From an uncultured Acidobacteriota bacterium (GTDB lineage: Bacteria; Acidobacteriota; Thermoanaerobaculia; Gp7-AA8): 64,000 nt of DNA. Below are positions 1 through 11,661 of the stretch, in pieces. Under the pieces are notes generated by a model. The model had not been told where the DNA came from. It saw only the letters and a program-made list of their open reading frames with translations, and did no database searches. Position 1 is the stretch's first letter. Each line of letters starts with the position of its first letter. The DNA lies in the NCBI GenBank assembly GCA_963741955.1, contig CAVUKB010000005.1, positions 640,001 to 704,000 of the forward strand. Direction: 5' to 3'. The position numbers were made by a program, and so were the translations under genes.

Positions 1-228
1 GGGACGACCGGCGGGGTCGTCGCGGTGATCACGTTGTACGGGATCTTCGAAGCGGCGCGTTACATCGTGGCTCCCGCGAGCGTCCTCGCGTGGCAGTTTC
101 TTTTCTCCGCGTTTCTCCCCTGGCAGAAGATCGTGATGCTCCTCTGCGGCGGCATCCTCGCCGGGCTGGTCGGAACCTGGCTCTCGCTGCGCGAGGTCTC
201 CGAAGAAGCGGTCGTGGAACAGCCGTGA
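1..228 (+). CDS. 3' end of a probable FtsX-like cell-division permease (truncated by window start)
   Basis: Open frame from base 1 (GTTGGVVAVITLYG...GILAGLVGTWLSLR) with two hydrophobic helices, resembling FtsX C-termini; stop overlaps the next GTG. Confidence 0.55.
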   Translation, partial: GTTGGVVAVITLYGIFEAARYIVAPASVLAWQFLFSAFLPWQKIVMLLCGGILAGLVGTWLSLREVSEEAVVEQP

Positions 229-980
229 GACGGGGCACGACGTCACGGCGTCTCTTCGCCCGGAGGACCGCGCTGGTCACCGGCGGGGCGAGACGTCTGG
301 GGCTCGCCATCGCGCGCGAACTTGCACGCGAAGGAGCCGCGGTCGTCTTCACGTTCAACAGCACCCCGCGCGCCGAGGTGCGCAAAGTCTCGGCCGAACT
401 GCTGGAGGCAGGAGCAGCGGAGGTGAGAGCACACCGCTGCAATCTCGCCGACCCCGAAGAGCTCCGGAAACTCGTCGGAAAGCTCCGCCGCGAGCCGATC
501 GACTACCTCGTCAACTCGGCGGCGAACTTTCTCCGCGAGGATTTTTTCGACGCGACACTCGAGAGCTGGAGCGAAACGATGTCGGTCAACCTCCGGGCGC
601 CTTTCTTTCTCTCTCAAGCGGTGGCGGAAGGAATGAAGAAGAACGGCTTCGGGCGGATCGTGAACATCGCCGATGTCGCCGGGGTGATTCCGTGGAAGAG
701 CCATCTCGCCTACAGCATCAGCAAGGCGGGACTGATCGCAATGACCCGCGGTCTCGCGAAGGCTCTCGCCCCTGAGATCCTGGTCAACGCGGTCTCCCCC
801 GGCCCGGTTCTCCTCCCGGAGAGCTTCGGCGCGACCGAGAGCCGTAATGCGGTCGAGCCGACCCTCCTCAAACGCGCCGGCGCTCCCGAGGAAGTCGCGG
901 CCGCGGTGACGTTCCTCCTCCAGTCGGACTACATCACCGGGATCACCCTCCCGGTCGACGGGGGACGGCTGTTGCGGTGA
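225..980 (+). CDS. SDR family oxidoreductase (pteridine reductase/FolM-like)
   Basis: ALVTGGARRLG NADP-binding motif, LVNSAA, catalytic YSISK, VDGG C-terminus; GTG at 225 overlaps the upstream TGA. Confidence 0.85.
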   Translation: MRRGTTSRRLFARRTALVTGGARRLGLAIARELAREGAAVVFTFNSTPRAEVRKVSAELLEAGAAEVRAHRCNLADPEELRKLVGKLRREPIDYLVNSAANFLREDFFDATLESWSETMSVNLRAPFFLSQAVAEGMKKNGFGRIVNIADVAGVIPWKSHLAYSISKAGLIAMTRGLAKALAPEILVNAVSPGPVLLPESFGATESRNAVEPTLLKRAGAPEEVAAAVTFLLQSDYITGITLPVDGGRLLR

Positions 981-1190
981 TCCTCGATCCTCGATCCCCG
1001 ATCCCCGATCCTCGATCCTCGATCCTCGATCCCCGATCCTCGATCCTCGATCCTCGATCCTCGATCCCCGATCCTCGATCCTCGATCCTCGATCCTCGAT
1101 CCCCGATCCTCGATCCTCGATCCTCGATCCTCGATCCCCGATCCTCGATCCCCGATCCTCGATGCCGTTCAGAGACTCGATCCTCGATCG
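978..1190. repeat. Heptamer tandem repeat (GATCCTC/GATCCCC)n, about 26 contiguous units plus a short tail
   Basis: Directly visible. Confidence 0.95.
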
Positions 1191-1214
1191 CAGATGCCTT
1201 ATCATCTCGCCGCT

Positions 1215-2510
<1,296 letters not shown>

Positions 2511-2604
2511 AGCGACGAGCGACGAGCGACGAGAAGAGTCTCACGAATTCTCGTATTGCAGCGTCAGACCTGTCGGACCTGTCCGACACGTCCGACATTG
2601 ATCC

Positions 2605-3345
2605 TCACTCGCCGTGTCCGTTCCGCTCGTCCCTCGTGATCCGGCCGTCGTGGATCTCGATCACTCTTCCGGCGCGCTTCGCGAGTGCGGGATCGTGAGT
2701 GATGATCACCAGCGTCCTCCCCTGTTTCGAGAGGTCGCCGAAGATGGACATGATGTCGGTTCCGGAGCTCGAGTCGAGGTTCCCTGTAGGCTCGTCAGCG
2801 AGGAGCATGTCGGGATCCATTGCGAGAGCGCGTGCGATCGCGACACGCTGCATCTGGCCGCCCGAGAGCTCGGTCGGTTTGTGGTCGAGACGGTCGCCGA
2901 GTCCTACGCGCTCGAGGAGCTCGGAGGCCTTCCGCCGGCGCTCGCGCGCAGAGACGCCCCCGAACAGAAGCGGCATCTCGACGTTCTCCAGAGCGGTGAT
3001 GTGAGGGAGGAGGTTGAAGTTCTGGAAGACGAAGCCGACCCGCCGGTTGCGCACGTCGGCCAGTTCGTCCTTTCCCATCCCCGCCACGTTCTCCCCCGCC
3101 AGTTCGTACGTTCCGGATGTCGCGGTGTCGAGGCATCCAAGGAGATTCATCAGAGTCGACTTTCCGGAGCCGGAAGGACCGACGATGGCGACGAAGTCGC
3201 CCTGTTCGATGACGACGTCGATTCCCTTCAGCGCCTCGACCTTCACTTTGCCGGTGTCGTACACCTTCCGGACGTCTTCCATCCGGATGATGCCGCTGCC
3301 ATTCTGACTCGGAACTTCGGGCTTGCGCGCCAGTGTCAGATTCAT
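2605..3345 (-). CDS. ABC transporter ATP-binding protein (LolD/MacB-type)
   Basis: GPSGSGKST Walker [27 protein letters not shown]. Confidence 0.95.
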   Translation of the reverse strand: MNLTLARKPEVPSQNGSGIIRMEDVRKVYDTGKVKVEALKGIDVVIEQGDFVAIVGPSGSGKSTLMNLLGCLDTATSGTYELAGENVAGMGKDELADVRNRRVGFVFQNFNLLPHITALENVEMPLLFGGVSARERRRKASELLERVGLGDRLDHKPTELSGGQMQRVAIARALAMDPDMLLADEPTGNLDSSSGTDIMSIFGDLSKQGRTLVIITHDPALAKRAGRVIEIHDGRITRDERNGHGE

Positions 3346-3358
3346 CGTTCGAATCTCC

Positions 3359-4615
<1,257 letters not shown>

Positions 4616-4633
4616 CGTCTTCTCCTCTCTCCA

Positions 4634-5863
4634 CTACAGCTTCATCGCCACCACGGGATCGAGCCGCGAGGCGTCACGCGCCGGGAAGTAACCGGCGATC
4701 AGACCGACCACACCGAGAGCCACCGCCGTGAGTGCAGCGACGATCGGGGACACTTCGGGATTTCCGACGTACTCGGTGAGGCCGAGCTTCGGGAAGACGG
4801 CACAGACCGAGAGCGAGATCACGAACCCGATCGCTCCTCCGATCACCGTCACTATCAGCGTCTCCAGGAGAAACTGGGAGAGAATCCAGCGCTGTTTCGC
4901 GCCGAGTGCCATCTTGATTCCGATCTCGCGTGTCCGCTCTTCGACCACGACGTTCATGATGTTCGACACGCCGATCCCGCCGACGATCAGGGTCAGCAGA
5001 CCGATGATGCCGAGGAATGCGTTGAAGCTGAGCATGAAGATGTCGAAGAATTTGAACTGTTCGGTCGTGTCCCAGAACGAAAGCGCTTCCTTGTCCTTCG
5101 CGTCGAAACGGAGCTTCTTTCCGAGTTGCGCGCGGACCGCATCACTCACTGCATCGCTCGCCGACGCGTCGGCCGGCTGGAAGATGAAATTGTCGACGTA
5201 CTCCTGACCGGTCAGAGCGCGGAACGTCGTCGAAGGGATGAACGCCTTCTCGTTGTCCCGCCCACCGTAGCTCGAGTCCTGGCTCTTCGACTTCAGAACA
5301 CCAACCACGAGGAACGGCGACCCGCCGAGCATCACGTGCTGCCCGATCGCCGGCTCCTTCCCGAAAATGTTCCGTGAGAGCTTGTCTCCGATGAAGATCA
5401 CCCGCCGCTGCTGGTCCATGTCGATCGGATTGATGAAGCGGCCTCCGGAGTCGGGGATGAGATTTCTCATCGTTCCGAAGACCGGGCTGACTCCGGAGAC
5501 GTCGACGGACATCGTCTGCGTCCCGTAATCGAGCTTCAGACTATCCGCGTACTCCGACGAGACGCCTTTCAACCCCCGAACGGTCTGGAGTGACTGGATG
5601 TCGTCTTCCGCCAGGCGGATCCGTCGTCCCTTGCCGAGGCCTTCGTACGGAATCGAAGTGAGACCCGGCCATCCGATCACGATCCGGTCGCCGAGTCCGG
5701 CGGTGTTCCGGACCAGCTGCTTGTGCAGTCCGGTCCCGAACGCCAGCATCAGACTGATCGCGACCGTCCCCCACACGATCCCGAACACGGTCAGGAACGT
5801 GCGGAGCTTCTGACTCCGGATGTCGCGAAACAGCTGTCGGGTTACGTCTCGAAGTCCGAGCAT
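4634..5863 (-). CDS. ABC transporter permease (MacB/FtsX-like)
   Basis: GGIGVSNIM, ERTREIGIKMALGA, GYFPARDASRLDP. Confidence 0.93.
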   Translation of the reverse strand: MLGLRDVTRQLFRDIRSQKLRTFLTVFGIVWGTVAISLMLAFGTGLHKQLVRNTAGLGDRIVIGWPGLTSIPYEGLGKGRRIRLAEDDIQSLQTVRGLKGVSSEYADSLKLDYGTQTMSVDVSGVSPVFGTMRNLIPDSGGRFINPIDMDQQRRVIFIGDKLSRNIFGKEPAIGQHVMLGGSPFLVVGVLKSKSQDSSYGGRDNEKAFIPSTTFRALTGQEYVDNFIFQPADASASDAVSDAVRAQLGKKLRFDAKDKEALSFWDTTEQFKFFDIFMLSFNAFLGIIGLLTLIVGGIGVSNIMNVVVEERTREIGIKMALGAKQRWILSQFLLETLIVTVIGGAIGFVISLSVCAVFPKLGLTEYVGNPEVSPIVAALTAVALGVVGLIAGYFPARDASRLDPVVAMKL

Positions 5864-5918
5864 GTGCTCTTCCTGTCTCCTCGTTCGGAATGGAAGTGGT
5901 CGGGGGTCAGACCTTCAC

Positions 5919-7019
5919 TCAGGAGATCTCTTTCGGCGGACGCTCGACGATCTGCATTCCCTTCTTCAATCCGGACGTGATCTCGATGTTCAGTCCATCC
6001 GAGATGCCGGTCTTCACTTCGACCTTCTTCGGCTCGCCCTTCGGATCGTTCGCCGGAACTTCCACGAACGCCTTCTTTCCGCCGTCTTCGAACGTGACCA
6101 GCCGCTCCGGAACCACCACGATGTCGCTCTTCTCGCGGATCACGACGTCGGCATTCGCGGAATAGCCGGCGCGCAGGTGGACCTTCTGGCCCCGATCGAG
6201 CTCGATCTCCACGTCGAACAGAGTCGCGCCGTCCTTCTGTTGCGCCTGCGGCGCGATCCGCTGCACGACACCGGTCACCACGTCCGTCGGGAGCGCGCCG
6301 ACCTTGATCCGCGCGGGCATTCCGACCGAGAGTTTTCCTACGTCGATCTCGTCGACCGTCCCTTTGAAGATCAGATCACTCATGTCGGCGATGGTGGCCA
6401 GCTCGGTTCCCGGCTGATAGGAGGTCAGAGGGACCACCGGATCTCCCGGGTCGACGGTACGGGTGAGGATCGTTCCGGCGGCGGGCGCCCGGATGATCGA
6501 CTCGGTACCTCCCTGGCTCAGGCGGCCCTTGCGCGTGAGATCACGATCCTGCACCGCCTTGGTCAGTGAGATCCGCGCCAGCTGGAACGCCTCGCGCTTG
6601 GTGTCGAGCTCCGATTTCGGGAGAACGCCCGAGGAGGAGAGCTCCGTTGCGCGGTCGAATTCGAGCTTCGCCCGGTTGAACGAAGCCTGCGCCGATTCGA
6701 CGCGGCGATCGACTTCCGTCACTTCGAGAGGCGTCGGATCGGGGGCGATCTCGAAGAGAGGATCGCCGGCCTTCACCGAGTCGCCGACCTCGACCATGAC
6801 CGTCTTCACGATGCCGGAGATCTTCGATTTCACCGCGAACTTCTGCCGCGGCTGGACCTGCCCTACCGCAACCGCCTTCTCCGTGATCGAGCCGACGGTC
6901 ACGTCCACGAGCTTCAAGCCGTTGTCTTTTCCCTTCGATCCCCGGGCCCAGGCATACAGCCCGGCGGTCGCTCCGGTGAGGATGACGAGAATGATCAGGA
7001 CTTTGGAAAGCTTCCTCAT
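5919..7019 (-). CDS. Efflux periplasmic adaptor subunit (MacA-like)
   Basis: N-terminal TM helix, VKSKISGIV..V..GD.VKAGDPLFEI lipoyl-like motif, VDEIDVGKL; ATG at 7019 with AGGAGA RBS. Confidence 0.9.
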   Translation of the reverse strand: MRKLSKVLIILVILTGATAGLYAWARGSKGKDNGLKLVDVTVGSITEKAVAVGQVQPRQKFAVKSKISGIVKTVMVEVGDSVKAGDPLFEIAPDPTPLEVTEVDRRVESAQASFNRAKLEFDRATELSSSGVLPKSELDTKREAFQLARISLTKAVQDRDLTRKGRLSQGGTESIIRAPAAGTILTRTVDPGDPVVPLTSYQPGTELATIADMSDLIFKGTVDEIDVGKLSVGMPARIKVGALPTDVVTGVVQRIAPQAQQKDGATLFDVEIELDRGQKVHLRAGYSANADVVIREKSDIVVVPERLVTFEDGGKKAFVEVPANDPKGEPKKVEVKTGISDGLNIEITSGLKKGMQIVERPPKEIS

Positions 7020-7198
7020 TCGGATATCTCCTGTTCTGCGATCCTGCGAGTTCGCTGCTCTGACCGTGGATACGCAAAACTCCCGAAAAGGTTTGCCAAT
7101 CTCCACGAACTGATCTCTGCTAATCTACGGCCGGCTGCGAGTTTCCGGTCGCCCGATCCGCCCGGCACCGCGAGAGCTCGTATCCTCCGGATGGCCTC

Positions 7199-7996
7199 AT
7201 GTGTCTGATCACCATTTCCTGGAAGACGCATCGCCCCTGGCGCCTGGTCGTCGCCGCAAACCGGGACGAGTTGCGGGAACGTCCGACTGCCCCAGCGGAT
7301 TTCTGGCGGGAGAATTCCTCCATTCTCGCGGGACGTGATCTCTCCGCCGGCGGGAGCTGGATGGGGATCTCGACGAACGGAAGCTTCGCCGCGATCACCA
7401 ACTTCCGCGAGATGGCAGAACCGAAACCGGACGCTCCGTCCCGCGGAGGGCTGGTGCGCGCGTTCCTCGAGAGCGGTGGACCGGCCGATGCGTTTCTCGC
7501 CGGCGTGGTGCACGAGAAGTCGCGCTACGCCGGGTTCAATCTCTTCGTCTGCGACGGCGAGAAGCTCTGCTACTTCTCGAACCGTTCCGAGAGCATCGAA
7601 ACGCTTCCTCCCGGGATCTACGGATTGAGCAACCATCTGCTCGACACGCCCTGGCCGAAGGTCCGCCGCGCAAAAGCCGGATTGCGTGCGATTCTCGATG
7701 AGGGAGAAGAGGAGAAACTCTTTCCAGATCTCTTCGATCTTCTCGCCGACCACACCCGAGCCGACGATGCGGAACTGCCGGACACCGGCGTCGGCCTCGA
7801 GCGCGAACGGGATCTCTCCCCCATCTTCATCCGCGGATCGTTCTACGGAACGCGCTCGTCGACCGTCGTCGGGATCAGGGAGAACGGAGAGATGCACATC
7901 GCCGAGCACACTTTCCATCCCGACGGGAGCATCGACACGGAGAGGGAGTACCTGTTGAAAGCATCGAGGATCGTGGATCGTGGATCGTGGATCTGA
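7199..7996 (+). CDS. NRDE/TANGO2 family protein
   Basis: MCLI...AANRDE, GRDL..GG.W.G, LSNHLLDTPWPK, YGTRSSTVV; last residues are encoded by a repeat tract. Confidence 0.92.
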   Translation: MCLITISWKTHRPWRLVVAANRDELRERPTAPADFWRENSSILAGRDLSAGGSWMGISTNGSFAAITNFREMAEPKPDAPSRGGLVRAFLESGGPADAFLAGVVHEKSRYAGFNLFVCDGEKLCYFSNRSESIETLPPGIYGLSNHLLDTPWPKVRRAKAGLRAILDEGEEEKLFPDLFDLLADHTRADDAELPDTGVGLERERDLSPIFIRGSFYGTRSSTVVGIRENGEMHIAEHTFHPDGSIDTEREYLLKASRIVDRGSWI

Positions 7997-8190
7997 AAGA
8001 CATCGAGGATCGTGGATCGTGGATCGTGGATCTGAAAGACATCGAGGATCGTGGATCGTGGATCGTGGATCTGAAAGACATCGAGGATCGTGGATCGTGG
8101 ATCTGAAAGGCATCGTGGATCGTGGATCGTGGATCGTGGATCTGAAAGGCATCGTGGATCGTGGATCGTGGATCGTGGATCTGAAAGGCA
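7962..8190. repeat. Heptamer tract (GATCGTG)n punctuated by GATCTGAAAG(A/G)CATC
   Basis: Directly visible; inverted partner at 8420-8620. Confidence 0.95.
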
Positions 8191-8296
8191 TCCAGGGTCC
8201 GCGATCCTCGATGCTTTTCAGATATCAGAAGCTCGGTGCCGAGCCCCGAGCCTCGAGCGTCGCGCACCGAGCCCCGAGAAAATGGGATCGTTCAAT

Positions 8297-8384
8297 CGCC
8301 CCTACGGGGCTCTCCGATGGTGGTTTTCCGCGATCAATCCCAGGACTGCGTCCTGGGCTATTGTCAGACGCCCCTACGGGGCTC
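8297..8384. repeat. REP-like element: two CGCCCCTACGGGGCTC hairpins around CCCAGGACTGCGTCCTGGG
   Basis: Hairpins at 8297-8312, 8339-8357 and 8369-8384. Confidence 0.7.
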
Positions 8385-8419
8385 CCCGAGCCTCGATCCC
8401 CGAGCCTCGAGCCTCGTCG

Positions 8420-8620
8420 GTTTCAGATCCTCGATCCTAGATCCTCGATCCTGGATGCCTTTCAGATCCTCGATCCTAGATCCTCGATCCTGGATGCCTT
8501 TCAGATCCTGGATGCCTTTCAGATCCTCGATCCTCGATCCTAGATCCTCGATGCCTTTCAGATCCTCGATCCTCGATCCTCGATCCTCGATGCCTTTCAG
8601 ATCCTCGATCCTCGATGCTT
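8420..8620. repeat. Heptamer tract (GATCCTC)n punctuated by GATGCCTTTCAGATC
   Basis: Reverse-complement counterpart of 7962-8190. Confidence 0.93.
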
Positions 8621-10027
8621 TTAATATGCATTTTCGTGACGGAAGCCGTGCCGGAGCGTCATCACCAGGATCTTCACATCGAGCAGCAGCGACCAGTTCT
8701 CGATGTAATAGAGATCGTGCTCGATCCGCATCCGCACCGACGTGTTCCCCCGCCAGCCGTGGACCTGGGCCCATCCGGTGATTCCCGCGCGCACCTTGTG
8801 CCGGAGCATGTAATGCGGGAACTCGCGCCGGAACTGCGTCACGAACTCCGGCCGCTCGGGACGGGGGCCGACCAGACTCATGTCTCCCCTCACTACGTTC
8901 CACAGCTGCGGCAACTCGTCGAGTGACCACCGCCGGGTCACCCGGCCCACCTTCGTGCAGCGCGGGTCGTCCTTCTCCGCCCACACCGCGCCGCTGATCT
9001 CTTCCGCGTCGACGCGCATCGAGCGGAACTTGATGATCTCGAACGGGACGCCGTCGAGTCCCATCCGCGTCTGGCGGAAGAAGATCGGTCCGCGGTCTTC
9101 GATCCAGACCGCCATCGCGATCACCGCAATCAGCGGTGAGGCGACGATCAGGGCCACTGACGCCATCACCACGTCGAAGATCCGCTTCACGATCCGTCGC
9201 GATCCGTCGAGAGGCGCCTCGGAGAGGTTGATGGTCGGGAGCCCGTCGAGATCCTCGACCCGCGAGCGCAGCACCATGTACTGGAGGAGATCCGGGACCA
9301 CGTGCACCGAGACGTACTCTCGCGAGAGCTCGTCGAGCAGCGCGACCGTCGCAGCCGCCGACTTATGCGGAAGCGCGACATAGACGTGGTCGACGCGATG
9401 TTCCTCGATCACCCCCGGCGCATCGGCGAGCCCTCCGAGTCGCGGAAGCCCGTCGAGTTTCGACTCGGGGTCGTCGGAGACGAATCCGACGATCTGCAGC
9501 CCGAGCTCGCGGTGCGAAGCGATCCGATCGAAGACCGCGAGCGCGAGCTCGCCGCTCCCGGCGATCAGCACGCGGTCCAGACCATGACCGGCCCGGAAGC
9601 GCTTCTCGACCAGCAGCCGCACCATGGTCCGGCCGGTCATCAGCAGAACGACGGCACAGACGCTGAAGATCCCGAGCGTCGCACGCGAGTACGGCACGTC
9701 CGGGTTGCCCGGCCGGATCCAGAGAAGGACGCCCGACAGGAGCAGCGTGCCGAGTCCCGTTCCGACCGCGACTTCGAGAAGCTCCTCGGCGGGGCGCCGG
9801 GTCGGCCGCATCCGATAGAGACCTTCCAGCGCGAAGACGAGGGGAAACAGAATCGTGACCAGAGGCAGAAGATGCGTGTAGACGGTCATCTCCTGCGGAC
9901 CGCGGGTCACCGGGATGACCTCGACCGTGAAGCGGAGGACGTACGCGGCGAGCATCGCGAGATTCACCGCGATGACGTCGATGGCGAGATACGCCGTCGC
10001 CAGCGCCTTGTGCTTTCGCTCGATCAT
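8621..10027 (-). CDS. wcaJ: Undecaprenyl-phosphate glucose phosphotransferase (WcaJ-like)
   Basis: KRIFD, KFRSM, SLDELPQLWNV.RGDMSLVGPRPERP, GITGWAQVHG.RG, DLYYIENWS. Confidence 0.9.
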   Translation of the reverse strand: MIERKHKALATAYLAIDVIAVNLAMLAAYVLRFTVEVIPVTRGPQEMTVYTHLLPLVTILFPLVFALEGLYRMRPTRRPAEELLEVAVGTGLGTLLLSGVLLWIRPGNPDVPYSRATLGIFSVCAVVLLMTGRTMVRLLVEKRFRAGHGLDRVLIAGSGELALAVFDRIASHRELGLQIVGFVSDDPESKLDGLPRLGGLADAPGVIEEHRVDHVYVALPHKSAAATVALLDELSREYVSVHVVPDLLQYMVLRSRVEDLDGLPTINLSEAPLDGSRRIVKRIFDVVMASVALIVASPLIAVIAMAVWIEDRGPIFFRQTRMGLDGVPFEIIKFRSMRVDAEEISGAVWAEKDDPRCTKVGRVTRRWSLDELPQLWNVVRGDMSLVGPRPERPEFVTQFRREFPHYMLRHKVRAGITGWAQVHGWRGNTSVRMRIEHDLYYIENWSLLLDVKILVMTLRHGFRHENAY

Positions 10028-11133
10028 CTCTTCAGGAGCCCCTCACGCTCGAGCAGTTCGACGAATTCCCTCCGGAAACGGTTCCGGCTGAATTCGGCGG
10101 CCCTCCGTCTCAGCCGCTCGCGATCCCATACCGTCCGGTCCAGCCGGTCGAGCGCGCCGGCGAGCGACGCGACGTCCGGCCGATCGAAGAATACTCCCGT
10201 CTCGCCGTCGATCACGGATTCGGTGACGCCTCCCTCGCCGAATGCGACCACCGGCGTGCCGCAGGCCATCGCTTCGAGCGGAGTGATCCCGAAATCCTCG
10301 ACTCCGGGAAGGATCAGAGAGCGCGCGCGGGTGAGGTGGTCGATGAGCGTCTCTCGCGGCACGGCGCCGAGGAATCGGACCGTGTCGCTCCCCTTCCGCC
10401 GGAGGTCCGGAAGCATCGGCCCCTCGCCGATCACGACGAGACCGCGGCCCAGAGTGGACGCCGTCTCGACTGCGAGCTCGATTTTCTTGTACGGCACGAG
10501 GGCCGAGACGACGAGGTCGAACTCATCGCGGGGACGGTCGATCGGAGAATCGAAAAACTCATCGTCGACGAACGGGTGAATCACGTCCGCGTCGCGATGG
10601 TAGATGCGCGCGATGCGATCACGGACGAACCCCGAATTCGCCACGAAGAGATCGGGGCGCGACGCGGTCCGGACGTCCCACGGCCGCAGCACCTTCGCCA
10701 CCACGTATGCAGCGGCCCGGAGCAGCGGTCTCCGCCGCGGGAAGTAATCGTCGAAGCGGTCCCAGATGTAGCGCATCGGCGTGTGGCAGTAGCAGACGTG
10801 AGGGATGCCGTTCCCCTTCACACTCTTCGCCACACAGTGACTCGACGAGACGATCAGGTCGAATCCGCCGAGGTCCCAGCCGCGGATTCCGAGAGGAAAG
10901 AGCGGAAGGAGACGGCGGTAGTCGCCGGACGACGCGATGCGCTGGAGGAACGAAGTGTGGATCGGGTGCGCTTCGATCGCAGGAGAGACCCGTCCCTCAA
11001 AATGAAAAAGGGTGAAGACCTCCGAACGTGGAAAGATCTCGAGAATCTCCTGCAGGACGTTCTCCCCTCCTCGCATTCCGGTCAGCCAGTCGTGGACGAC
11101 CGCGACGCGGAGCTCCGCCGGATCGCGACTCAC
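10024..11133 (-). CDS. Glycosyltransferase family 4
   Basis: VAVVHDWLTGMRGGE, YCHTPMRY, EDFGITPLEAMACG; GTG start overlaps the upstream stop. Confidence 0.92.
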   Translation of the reverse strand: MSRDPAELRVAVVHDWLTGMRGGENVLQEILEIFPRSEVFTLFHFEGRVSPAIEAHPIHTSFLQRIASSGDYRRLLPLFPLGIRGWDLGGFDLIVSSSHCVAKSVKGNGIPHVCYCHTPMRYIWDRFDDYFPRRRPLLRAAAYVVAKVLRPWDVRTASRPDLFVANSGFVRDRIARIYHRDADVIHPFVDDEFFDSPIDRPRDEFDLVVSALVPYKKIELAVETASTLGRGLVVIGEGPMLPDLRRKGSDTVRFLGAVPRETLIDHLTRARSLILPGVEDFGITPLEAMACGTPVVAFGEGGVTESVIDGETGVFFDRPDVASLAGALDRLDRTVWDRERLRRRAAEFSRNRFRREFVELLEREGLLKR

Positions 11134-11339
11134 TTCGCGCCGGTCCCGCCGGACCGTTCGGGCTGCGGCAGATCGCATGGAGTGGAAGAGAGGGGAAAGT
11201 GGCCGGCCTTCTCCGCGCATCCGTTGCAGAGAAAGTCGTTCGCGAAATACTCCTCCCCGGGCACCTCCTGCAGGCAGGAGATACAGTGGTGGCGCCCCGT
11301 CCGTTCGGGCAGCTGCCTCGAGATCTCGCGTTCCGTCAT
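11130..11339 (-). CDS. Small hypothetical protein with CxxC-x15-CxxC (putative zinc ribbon)
   Basis: CISC...CNGC; its TGA overlaps the GT4 GTG (GTGA coupling). Confidence 0.6.
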   Translation of the reverse strand: MTEREISRQLPERTGRHHCISCLQEVPGEEYFANDFLCNGCAEKAGHFPLSSTPCDLPQPERSGGTGAK

Positions 11340-11443
11340 CCGGCGTCTTTTCTAACACGACCCGACAGAAGTACGGAAGCGGGGCCGGATCCGTTGGGGG
11401 CCGGGTGTCGGGGGCCAGGATCGGGGTCGGAGGGAGCGGAGAC

Positions 11444-11530
11444 AGACCGAAAGACCGAAAGACCGGGAGACCGGGAGACCGGGAGACCGGGAGACCGGGA
11501 GACCGGGAGACCGGGAGACCGGAGACCGGA
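11444..11530. repeat. Octamer tandem repeat (AGACCGGG/AGACCGAA)n
   Basis: Directly visible. Confidence 0.9.
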
Positions 11531-11661
11531 GAATAATATTCTGCAAATCGTTGAAAACGATGAATATTATTCTGAAATCATTCCACTTTTGCGAACAATA
11601 TTCGCACCAGGCTCAGAGATCTGCGGTGAACCCCCTGACCCCCAGCTGCCCCTTCCCCACG

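Noticed and set aside
11134-11358. Extended N-termini from the ORF track for GT4 (also trpA, trpB, hisS, permeases, RAYT)
   Set aside because: Family similarity and stop/start overlaps indicate later starts
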